Below are positions 44,852 through 52,826 of a stretch of DNA of 64,000 nt, in pieces. The notes under the pieces are model-generated. The model was not told the origin of the DNA, made no database searches, and saw only the letters and a list, made by a program, of their open reading frames with translations. This DNA comes from an uncultured Candidatus Saccharibacteria bacterium (lineage in GTDB: Bacteria > Patescibacteriota > Saccharimonadia > Saccharimonadales > Saccharimonadaceae), in assembly GCA_947305655.1 (NCBI GenBank), contig CAMZEA010000001.1:62211-126210 (forward strand), read 5' to 3'. How positions within the stretch are numbered: the stretch's first letter is position 1; each line of letters starts with the position of its first letter. The position numbers and the translations under genes were made by a program.

Positions 44852-45377
44852 ATAGACTTGCTTCAACGGCTGCCCAAGTAGCGTCTGCATTATCTGCTGG
44901 GATAATGACGGTAACCTGGTCGCCTACCTTGATACGGAAGTAAGTGACGGAAGCGTAGAGAATTTTGTATTCTTTGCCGTTTACTTCTACGAAATATTGG
45001 TCGTCATGGCTAGTGAGCGTGCCGATGACAGTCTTGCGCTCGACTGGGCCAATCTGCTTGTAGAGGAACTTACCGTTCTCGCCAATGGTGAGCTTCAAGA
45101 TGTCGCCCTCAACGAGCTTGGACTTCGAAGCATAGTTTGCTGGAACTGGGTAGTTCTTGCCGTCCGGGCCGATCATAATCTGGCCATCGAAGACGCCTTC
45201 AATAATCTTACCCTCTGGGCTTTCGGAAATCGTGCTGGACGGAGCGGTAATGATATCGCCATCGCCAAGCATGGAAGTTAATAATTCTTTAGCAGCAGAA
45301 AGATTAGTCTCTGCCTCGGTCAAAAGGCTACGTAGTCTTTTTATTTGTTTTTCTGGTAATTCAGACATACCTCGCAT
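44850..45377 (-). CDS. Hypothetical protein (175 aa)
   Basis: Clean ORF with an N-terminal helix and a C-terminal beta-rich region. TTGACA-type promoter about 60 nt upstream. Start (45377 or 45368) is uncertain. Confidence 0.65.
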   Translation of the reverse strand: MRGMSELPEKQIKRLRSLLTEAETNLSAAKELLTSMLGDGDIITAPSSTISESPEGKIIEGVFDGQIMIGPDGKNYPVPANYASKSKLVEGDILKLTIGENGKFLYKQIGPVERKTVIGTLTSHDDQYFVEVNGKEYKILYASVTYFRIKVGDQVTVIIPADNADATWAAVEASL

Positions 45378-45592
45378 CCCTGTCTGTTAGTTTTATTAAT
45401 TCTATAATATATCTTTTCAGGTAAATGTGTCAATGCGTGAATTTTTTATTTTTTCCACACGAATAACAGGAGTGAGGTGATTTTTGTTGTATTTTTTACC
45501 ATTGACAAAATTTTAAGCATTAATAATGCTCCCATCCCGGGAGCCCAATATAACTATTATATCATACATAGGCGAAATAGTCAATAGACACC

Positions 45593-45622
45593 AAAGAGCG
45601 GCCCCTGTTGGGGCCGCTCTTT
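45593..45622 (-). terminator. Intrinsic terminator after rplL (13-bp stem)
   Basis: AAAGAGCGGCCCC-tgtt-GGGGCCGCTCTTT. Confidence 0.8.
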
Positions 45623-45656
45623 GTTAAACATTTTCTGACTTTTAAGAATGATGAAC

Positions 45657-46037
45657 TTAAGCGAGTTCGACAGTTGCGCCGGCTTCTTCGAGAGCTTTCT
45701 TAAGAGCTTCTGCTTCGTCCTTAGCAACCTTTTCCTTGACGTTTGCTGGAGCACCGTCAACGATAGCCTTAGCTTCGCCAAGACCGAGACCGGTAGCTTC
45801 CTTAACTGCCTTGATGACAGCGATCTTCTGAGCACCTGCATCCTTGAGGACGACAGTGTATTCGCTCTTCTCTTCAGCGGCAGCAGCGCCACCTTCAGCT
45901 GGAGCAGCAGCTACAGCAACAGCGGCAGCAGCTGGCTCAATGCCATATTCGTCCTTAAGGACGTTCTTTAGCTCGTTAACTTCGAGGACGGTGAGCTTAA
46001 CCAATTCCTCTGCGATTTTCTTAACATCAGCAGCCAT
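45657..46037 (-). CDS. rplL: 50S ribosomal protein L7/L12
   Basis: Ala-rich hinge plus C-terminal [19 protein letters not shown]...[21 protein letters not shown] before ATG 46037. Confidence 0.95.
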   Translation of the reverse strand: MAADVKKIAEELVKLTVLEVNELKNVLKDEYGIEPAAAAVAVAAAPAEGGAAAAEEKSEYTVVLKDAGAQKIAVIKAVKEATGLGLGEAKAIVDGAPANVKEKVAKDEAEALKKALEEAGATVELA

Positions 46038-46091
46038 TTTAGACTCCTTCATATATTAATGGTTTATAGTCCCCCACTTGTGATTGCAAAC

Positions 46092-46616
46092 TTAGGCGTT
46101 TGCCTTGTCGGCAACACCATCGAGCAAAGCGTGCAAATTGCCAGAAAGGCCATTCGTAACGTCGTTGATTGGGCTGAGGAGCATGTCCACGACCTGACCA
46201 ATGAGTTGCTCTTTGCTTGGAAGCTTGGAAAGATCCTGAACTTCCTGCTCGGATAGGTTCTTGCCGTCGCCAGCAAAGGCACCCTTGAGCTCGAGCATCG
46301 TGTGTTCTTTTGCGAATTTCGCAAGAACCTGTGCTGGGGCAACTTCGTCTTCGCTAGAAATAGCGTAAAGAAGCTGACCTTCGAGCGCGGTAGTATCGGT
46401 GTCTTTGTAAGCCGCGATTTCGCCCATAGCAACACGGACGAGGCGGTTCTTGACGACCTTGATTTGTACGCCGCTTTCGCGAGCCAAAGCGCGAAGTTCC
46501 TGCATTTCCTTGACCGTGAGGCCCTGGTATTTTGCAAAAACAGTCATCTTGGCATCGGAAAGAATCTCGTTTAAGTCGGCAACCAATTGTTGTTTCTTAT
46601 CTTTGCTAATTGCCAT
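46092..46616 (-). CDS. rplJ: 50S ribosomal protein L10
   Basis: MAISKDKKQQLVADL...FAKYQGLTVKEMQELR pattern, upstream of rplL. AAAAGGAG SD. Confidence 0.95.
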   Translation of the reverse strand: MAISKDKKQQLVADLNEILSDAKMTVFAKYQGLTVKEMQELRALARESGVQIKVVKNRLVRVAMGEIAAYKDTDTTALEGQLLYAISSEDEVAPAQVLAKFAKEHTMLELKGAFAGDGKNLSEQEVQDLSKLPSKEQLIGQVVDMLLSPINDVTNGLSGNLHALLDGVADKANA

Positions 46617-46766
46617 AGATAGAAATCTCCTTTTGGTTATTAGTTTTGTAGCCAGAAAATGTTAAGGCTCGTCACCAATAATCTAGACATAAGATTTAAG
46701 AATCCTCGGTGGCATGATTAAGCCTTTCGGCCGCCACTGTCTTTGGTAACTTTCGATATTATAGCA
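46617..46766 (-). promoter_or_regulatory. rplJ promoter (TGCTATAAT, 46758-46766) and about 135-nt leader, a possible L10 autoregulatory leader
   Basis: The leader contains GUGGC-19 nt-GCCAC (sense GTGGCGGCCGAAAGGCTTAATCATGCCAC). The L10-leader role is inferred from position only. Confidence 0.4.
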
Positions 46767-46787
46767 AAAATGTTAAAATATTGCAAT

Positions 46788-47216
46788 ATGATTCGTGTTA
46801 TTGCGGGTGGAAAGAAATCTAATGGCTGGCTCGTTGAGGCTTGCGGCGAATATGAGAAGCGCCTGCGCAAGCCATATGTGGTGAGCTGGGATTTTGTTGA
46901 CGAAGAAAAACTCTCCGAGCGCGTGCTGCGTTTGCCTCGCGACGCGTTTGTCGTGCTGCTTGATGAACATGGCGAGATCTTGTCTTCTCCTGAGCTATCC
47001 AATCGTATCTTGAAACCGCTCGAAACTGGGCTCGAAGTCGTATTCGTGCTTGGCGGCGCTTTTGGCCATTTTCCTGAGGAAATGGTCGCCCGCGCGAATT
47101 TAGTCTGGAGTTTATCGAAATTAGTCTTCCCCCATCAGATTTGCCGTCTCATTTTGGCAGAGCAAATATACCGAGCACAGGAGATTGCGCTCGGCCATCC
47201 ATATCATCACGCCTAG
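46788..47216 (+). CDS. rlmH: 23S rRNA (pseudouridine1915-N3)-methyltransferase RlmH
   Basis: SPOUT C-terminus LSKLVFPHQICRLILAEQIYRAQEIALGHPYH. Start set at ATG 46788 (MIRVIAGG). Confidence 0.9.
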   Translation: MIRVIAGGKKSNGWLVEACGEYEKRLRKPYVVSWDFVDEEKLSERVLRLPRDAFVVLLDEHGEILSSPELSNRILKPLETGLEVVFVLGGAFGHFPEEMVARANLVWSLSKLVFPHQICRLILAEQIYRAQEIALGHPYHHA

Positions 47217-47773
47217 TTTAAATGTTTACAAGATTTAAATTGGAATGACATGCCAATTATCGCTACGGCAAGTAGGATAATTATGAAGCTTGGGTAATGC
47301 GGAATTGGATGGTTGACGGCTGCTAGCTCGATGATAGAATATTTTGCGATGAGTTTTGCGCCAGAAAAGGCAGTAGTGATAATGCCGAATGGTTTGATGA
47401 GTTTAATGGCAAAAATGCCGGCAATTACGCCCGCGGCAATCGCGAGGCCGATGTATAGCGGCTCGCTGAGTACGAAGGTATCAATTAATGTTGTCGATAC
47501 GGCATAGGTCGCTACGGCGAAGATGCAGAGTTTTTCTAAGCTAAACCCGAATACGCCGAGGACAACGCCGGCACAGATTGGGATAAGTTTCTGCCATGTC
47601 GGGTCGGATGTGATATTCGGCGCGAGAAGCGAGGCTAGGTAATAGCCAATCGCGAACCAGATAATTACGAACGCGACGCGTTTAAGTTTATAGCCGTAGA
47701 GGGCTAGAAAAACGCCAAGTGCGATGGCGATAATTGCCTCATAGCCCGAGAGGAAGCTAAGATCGATATTCAT
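47213..47773 (-). CDS. Hypothetical multi-pass membrane protein
   Basis: Six hydrophobic helices. ATG 47773 lies 4 nt after the stop of the upstream gene. Confidence 0.65.
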   Translation of the reverse strand: MNIDLSFLSGYEAIIAIALGVFLALYGYKLKRVAFVIIWFAIGYYLASLLAPNITSDPTWQKLIPICAGVVLGVFGFSLEKLCIFAVATYAVSTTLIDTFVLSEPLYIGLAIAAGVIAGIFAIKLIKPFGIITTAFSGAKLIAKYSIIELAAVNHPIPHYPSFIIILLAVAIIGMSFQFKSCKHLN

Positions 47774-47777
47774 AAGC

Positions 47778-48683
47778 TTATTGTATGACAAATATGCCAA
47801 TCGCGCAAAGAATCACGGCGATGATATGCGCGAGGACATCTCGGCGATTGAGTTTCTCGCGGCCAAACTTTGGCCAGATAATAGAGAAGATAATGCCGAA
47901 TACGAAGGTAAGGATGAGCTCCGCTGCATTCGTGAAGGCGGACGCTAGTGCAGTGACGCCCAGGATGAGCCCGTAGCGATACATGAAGTCTGCAAGGGTG
48001 CAGATTATCTGGTTGAGGAGTGTGACAGATAGATATTTTGCTCCGACGTGCTCCATGACGTAGTGGTGACGGCGGCGAATTTTAGGAATGAAGCTGATGG
48101 CTAGGTCGGACGCGCCGCGACCAATCAAGAAGAATGTGAATACCGTGATGAAATGCTCTTGATGCCCGACGCGGACGGCGATGCCGCTAGAGGCGGTCGC
48201 AAAGAGGACGTATATAATGAGCAACAATGCGGCACGCATTTCCATACGGCGGGAGTTGCGGCGTTTCGAAAGTATGACCACGATTGGGGCGAGCAAAATC
48301 AGGACAAAGCCGATGATTTGCTGGAGATTAATGCTCTCTCCGAATAGGAAGAAGCTGCCTGCGAGGAATAGGATTGGCTGCAGCTGGTAGAAGATGGCGG
48401 CGCCAGTGGCATTCTCTCCTTTTAGTGCGCTGTAGTAGAAGATGCTACCGACCGAGTGAAGGACGCCTGAGAGCAATAGAATTAAGATCGGCGCGCCGTA
48501 GTTGATGGAATTGCCGAAGCAGATAGCAAGAATGACGGCAAAAATAAGGTAAGTCGGGCCGTTGATGGCCTTCATTGCTTGCGGCGTACGGTTCTTAAAA
48601 ATGACATCAGTGAGGTAGTTGTCGAAGAAGGCGCTGATGCCCCAAATCGCCGCTGCTAATAGACATAAAATTAACCAAAGCAT
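47778..48683 (-). CDS. EamA/DMT-family transporter
   Basis: Ten TMs arranged in two 5-TM halves. Start set at ATG 48683 by TGCTATAAT-N7-ATG. Confidence 0.8.
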   Translation of the reverse strand: MLWLILCLLAAAIWGISAFFDNYLTDVIFKNRTPQAMKAINGPTYLIFAVILAICFGNSINYGAPILILLLSGVLHSVGSIFYYSALKGENATGAAIFYQLQPILFLAGSFFLFGESINLQQIIGFVLILLAPIVVILSKRRNSRRMEMRAALLLIIYVLFATASSGIAVRVGHQEHFITVFTFFLIGRGASDLAISFIPKIRRRHHYVMEHVGAKYLSVTLLNQIICTLADFMYRYGLILGVTALASAFTNAAELILTFVFGIIFSIIWPKFGREKLNRRDVLAHIIAVILCAIGIFVIQ

Positions 48684-48749
48684 TAGCATTATTATAGCAA
48701 TTCCGACGCCGAATATGCTACAATATGCTTATGTTAATGAGGAATTTTC

Positions 48750-50717
48750 GTGGGCTTCTTCGGTAATCTCTTTAAAAAACCGAAAACTGAAGCGGTTTAT
48801 GAGATAAAATCTCCTGATCGTAGGTTGGTCGCGACGTTCATGGTTGACCATGGGCAGATTTCTTATTTTGTTAAAAAAGACGACAAGATTATATTGCGCA
48901 AGTCCCGTTTGGGTCTGCTTTTGAAGGACACTACTCCTCTTGCCGACAATTTCTCGATTGTTCGTGCGTATTCCCGTTCGGCCGATGAGACCTGGAAGGC
49001 CTTCTGGGGAGAGCAGCGAGTAATTCGCAATAATTATAACGAGACGGCTTTCTATCTCGAAGAAACTGAAAAACCAAATCGCCTACTAACGGTGCGTTTT
49101 CGCCTCTATAACGACGGCGTCGCTTTCCGTTATGAAGTACCGGCTCAGCCGGCAATGGAAAATATGGTCGTCGCCGATGAAATCACTGAGTTCTCGGTAG
49201 ACTCTAATTCGCGCTCTTGGTGTATTCCTGCTTATCAGCCCGATCGTTACGAATATGACTATTCGGAACATCCAGTTTATTCTATTACCGATTCTGTCCA
49301 TACTCCAATCACTATTCAGACTCCTGTTGGCTATTATGTCGCGATTCATGAGGCGGCCCTATATAACTATGGATCGATGACTTTGCGCCTCAATAACTCG
49401 TCCTTGAAGGCGGATATTACGCCGCTTTCCGATGGTATGCGCGCTTATGTTGAATTGCCGTTTTCTACGCCTTGGCGTACGATTACGGTTGCTCAGGACG
49501 CACTCGACCTTACTGTTTCTCGTATGATTTTGAACCTTAACGATGCGCCGCGCGACGACTTTTCGTGGGTTGAACCGACCAAGTTTATGGGTATTTGGTG
49601 GGCGATGTATGTCGGCGAGTGGACTTGGGCTCCTGGTGAGCGCCACGGCGCAACAACTGAACATGCGATGCGCTATATTGATTCCTGTCGTAATCTTGGA
49701 ATTCCTTCCCTCCTCGTTGAGGGCTGGAATGATGGCTGGGAAGGTGATTGGCTCGAGAATGGCGTCAATAATAAATTCACGCAGTCGACGCCTGATTTTG
49801 ATATGAAAGCGGTCACTGATTACGGTCGCAAGAACGGTGTCGAAATAATTGGCCATCATGAAACGGTTGGCTTTATCGATAATTATGAGGCGCAGCTTGA
49901 TGATGCTTACAAGTATTTGGCGCAGTATGGCATTCGTTACGTAAAATCGGGCTATGCCGGCTCTAAGATGACAATTAATGGTCATCGCGAGTTCCATCAT
50001 TCGCAGCTTGGCGTTTTACACTATCAGAAAGCATTGGAGCTTGCTGCTAAGTATCATATTATGCTCGACGTCCATGAGCCGATTAAGGGCACCGGTATTG
50101 AGCGTACTTGGCCTAACTTGATGACTCGCGAGGGCGCTCGTGGCCAGGAATATGAAGGCGGTGCTTTGGCGCCATCGCATGCTTGTTATTTGCCATTTAC
50201 GCGCCTTCTTAGTGGCGGCATGGATTATACGCCTGGCATTCTTGATGTTTCGAATTTCTCAAAGCGTATCGCTTCGACGCTGACTCGTCAGCTCGCTTAC
50301 TACGTGACGATTTATTCTTCAATGCAGATGGCGGCTGATCGTCCGCAGATTTATGAATCTCAGCATCCAGACCTTTTCCACTTTATCCGCGAGGTCCCGA
50401 CGCGTTGGGAGCAAACTGTGCCGCTACTCGGCGAGATTGGCAAGTATTATGTCGTTGCGCGCCAGCAATGGGAAGGCACTGATTGGTATGTTGGTGGCGT
50501 GACGAATGAAGAAGGCCGCAAGCTCGATCTCTATTTTGACTACCTCGAGCCGGGCGTGAATTACGTAGCAGTGATTTACCGCGATTCTGAAGACGCGCAC
50601 TACCGCGATCATCAGCTCGGATATGTCATAGAAGAGCGCATCGTGCGCCACGGCGACAAAATGGAGATGTACGTCGCGCCGGGCGGCGGTTTTGCGATGC
50701 ATCTCAAGAAGCAATAG
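48750..50717 (+). CDS. Glycoside hydrolase, GH97-like (alpha-glucosidase/alpha-galactosidase family), no signal peptide
   Basis: 655-aa ORF. N-terminal SPDRRLVATFMV..GQISYFV..SRLGLLL layout and a central TIM-like region (YVKSGYAG, HEPIKGTGIERTWPNLMTREGARGQEYE). The family call is from memory of the GH97 layout. GTG start with GAGGAA SD. Confidence 0.65.
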   Translation: MGFFGNLFKKPKTEAVYEIKSPDRRLVATFMVDHGQISYFVKKDDKIILRKSRLGLLLKDTTPLADNFSIVRAYSRSADETWKAFWGEQRVIRNNYNETAFYLEETEKPNRLLTVRFRLYNDGVAFRYEVPAQPAMENMVVADEITEFSVDSNSRSWCIPAYQPDRYEYDYSEHPVYSITDSVHTPITIQTPVGYYVAIHEAALYNYGSMTLRLNNSSLKADITPLSDGMRAYVELPFSTPWRTITVAQDALDLTVSRMILNLNDAPRDDFSWVEPTKFMGIWWAMYVGEWTWAPGERHGATTEHAMRYIDSCRNLGIPSLLVEGWNDGWEGDWLENGVNNKFTQSTPDFDMKAVTDYGRKNGVEIIGHHETVGFIDNYEAQLDDAYKYLAQYGIRYVKSGYAGSKMTINGHREFHHSQLGVLHYQKALELAAKYHIMLDVHEPIKGTGIERTWPNLMTREGARGQEYEGGALAPSHACYLPFTRLLSGGMDYTPGILDVSNFSKRIASTLTRQLAYYVTIYSSMQMAADRPQIYESQHPDLFHFIREVPTRWEQTVPLLGEIGKYYVVARQQWEGTDWYVGGVTNEEGRKLDLYFDYLEPGVNYVAVIYRDSEDAHYRDHQLGYVIEERIVRHGDKMEMYVAPGGGFAMHLKKQ

Positions 50718-51060
50718 TAAGAGAAACAATCGTATCGTAACCGAAGCGCGAACGGACTTCGTATCCTTTTTCGCGAAGCTTGTCTGCGGTTTCAGCGTCG
50801 AGTGGCGTTTTGGCGCTACTTTTTACGCTAAAACGGAGGCCATTTGCGGACGATGATTGAGATAGGGTAATTTTGTCTCCGGTCTCACAGTTTTTGAGCG
50901 CACGTTTTATTTCTGTTGCGAAAAATGATTGGACGGCTTCCTCGTTTTCGACTTTGGCGGACAAGTCTTGAAAATCTAGATTAATGGAAATTTTGCGGCG
51001 ACCGCATTTTTCGATAAGTTCTTGATAGATTGGCGAAATAATATCTATGATTCTGCTCAT
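50704..51060 (-). CDS. Hypothetical protein (118 aa), faint resemblance to a degenerate histidine-kinase ATPase fold
   Basis: TGTATAAT-N6-ATG at 51060, overlapping the stop of the upstream gene. Convergent 14-nt overlap with the GH97-like gene. Confidence 0.55.
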   Translation of the reverse strand: MSRIIDIISPIYQELIEKCGRRKISINLDFQDLSAKVENEEAVQSFFATEIKRALKNCETGDKITLSQSSSANGLRFSVKSSAKTPLDAETADKLREKGYEVRSRFGYDTIVSLTIAS

Positions 51061-51067
51061 GGCTATA

Positions 51068-51616
51068 TTATACACCAGGAGTAAATTGTTTTAGCTGCTC
51101 GCGGTGTCGCTTATAGAGCTTGTCGTGTTCGCCTACTTCGCGCCAGAAGGCGTCGGAATGGTCCATATGATTAATATGGGCAAGTTCATGGATAATTACA
51201 TAGTCTCTGAGCGGTTCTGGAACTTTCATGAGCCCGATGTTGAGTGAGATGGTGCCAGAGCTGCTGCGGCTGCCCCAACGCGTGTTTGCGTGGCTAAGAC
51301 GAATGCCGGAGTATTTGTAGTTATATTTCTTCGCCCAGAATTCTAGTCGGTACGGAAGATATTCGCGCGCTTTCTTTGCGAGAATTTTCTTTTGCGCATC
51401 GCGAGCTCGCTGGGTCGAAGGATCCTTTACTGGAAGCTTTTCTTTGATTTCTTTGCGCATTGAATTGAGAAAGCGTTTTGCAAGAAAGTCCGAAATCCCG
51501 GATGGTACCGTAATAGTTAGTTTACCTGATGTGGCAACCGAGAACTTGGCGCGTGTTGACCAGGCGCTACGGCGCACTACGACTTCCCCGAAATCCGGGT
51601 CTTTGAAGCTAGACAT
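51068..51616 (-). CDS. YgjP/DUF45-type (M48-like) zinc metallohydrolase
   Basis: DYVIIHELAHINHMDHSDAFW (HExxH..H). Confidence 0.85.
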   Translation of the reverse strand: MSSFKDPDFGEVVVRRSAWSTRAKFSVATSGKLTITVPSGISDFLAKRFLNSMRKEIKEKLPVKDPSTQRARDAQKKILAKKAREYLPYRLEFWAKKYNYKYSGIRLSHANTRWGSRSSSGTISLNIGLMKVPEPLRDYVIIHELAHINHMDHSDAFWREVGEHDKLYKRHREQLKQFTPGV

Positions 51617-52107
51617 TATTTTATATCCGCGAGGCGACTAAGGACGTTTTTGATCTGAGTTTGCGCGGTGTGCTTGCCGGAAATAACAAGCGGATTCTCA
51701 GCCTCAGTAGGTGCTTCGAGATGCTCGTATGACGCACTAAGTGCGGCCTTTGCATCGGCGAGCTTTTTGAAACGATGGAGCATACGCTGTTTGATAGCAT
51801 TTATGTCGGTCTGAACCCAAACGAGGACGTTCTGATAACCAAGCTCGTCAAAGAGTTTGCGCATTTCTTCGCGATCTTTTTCGGTTTCACCCATTCCCTC
51901 GATAATAATAGTTTGTTTGCCGCGGGAAATGATGCGGATGAATTCTATCACGGATTTGCGAGACAGTTTCTGCTCGCGCTGTATCTTGTCGAAATTAATA
52001 AATGGCGCTTCGATTGAAGTACTGAAGTTTTCTGCAAAGCTGGTTTTGCCGCTCATTGGGGCGCCAAAAACTAGGATAGCGTATGGTTTTTTCTTCCCAG
52101 TAGTCAT
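51616..52107 (-). CDS. Small P-loop kinase-like ATP-binding protein (AAA_33-like)
   Basis: ILVFGAPMSGKTSFAE Walker A. TACAAT-N6-ATG. TAATG overlap with the next gene. Confidence 0.7.
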   Translation of the reverse strand: MTTGKKKPYAILVFGAPMSGKTSFAENFSTSIEAPFINFDKIQREQKLSRKSVIEFIRIISRGKQTIIIEGMGETEKDREEMRKLFDELGYQNVLVWVQTDINAIKQRMLHRFKKLADAKAALSASYEHLEAPTEAENPLVISGKHTAQTQIKNVLSRLADIK

Positions 52108-52131
52108 AATGTAATTGTATCGGATAGCGAA

Positions 52132-52824
52132 TTATTTTGCAAACTTAGGTGTACTTGAGGAATTGGCGATGAGGACTTGGCTCGGATAATAGAAAAACCA
52201 CACGAGGTAGGAGAGGATTGGCAGGAAGAATGGCGGAAGTGCACCGTCCAATATAAGGAAACGTAGAGCGACGCAAATATCGCAGCATAAGAATGCGATA
52301 AAGCCATAGAATGCGCAGCGGGTTTGGAAGCGACGGTTGTTTTTGTTATTGTTTTTGGCGGCGGTTATTAGATTGCATAGTAGTAGCAGGCCATAAACCG
52401 TCGCGATGGCATATATAGGCTGGAGGCCGAACGCGACACCTAACGCGCACAATAGGCTAATTGCGCATACGTAATATCCTAGAGCTTTCGGTTCGAGCTT
52501 CGTTAGACGCATAAAGTGCATGAATTGAGCGAAGCTGAATACGAATACGCCTGGAACGACAAACGGCGTCCAGACAAGGATTGTGTCGGCAAGAAATGTG
52601 AACAATAGTGCTAACTGCAGAAGGTAATCATGGCGATACTTCTTGTTCGCATAAATAACGCAGAGGAAGATGCCGGCATATTTAATGACTGAAGTGCCGA
52701 TGAAATTCGGGACAATGAGATCGAGAAACAAAAAGCTGATGTAGATACTGGCCCATATGATGAGCCATTTCATATCTACGTATGAAAGACGCTTGAAATC
52801 GCCTAGCCATGTTTTTATTGACAT
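52132..52824 (-). CDS. YhhN-like membrane protein
   Basis: Eight TMs with FLADTIL, GVFVFSFAQFMHF and FLCCDICVAL motifs, reminiscent of YhhN. Start set at ATG 52824, just after the upstream stop. Confidence 0.5.
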   Translation of the reverse strand: MSIKTWLGDFKRLSYVDMKWLIIWASIYISFLFLDLIVPNFIGTSVIKYAGIFLCVIYANKKYRHDYLLQLALLFTFLADTILVWTPFVVPGVFVFSFAQFMHFMRLTKLEPKALGYYVCAISLLCALGVAFGLQPIYAIATVYGLLLLCNLITAAKNNNKNNRRFQTRCAFYGFIAFLCCDICVALRFLILDGALPPFFLPILSYLVWFFYYPSQVLIANSSSTPKFAK

Positions 52825-52826
52825 TT

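Noticed and set aside
45477-45587. 36-codon ORF (GTG start after AGGAGTGAG) with a hydrophobic N-terminus in the rplL-downstream intergenic region; considered as a type I toxin-like peptide
   Set aside because: The SD-to-start spacing is poor. It overlaps what looks like the promoter region of 44850..45377 on the other strand and a GCTCCC/GGGAGC palindrome. Nothing supports translation.
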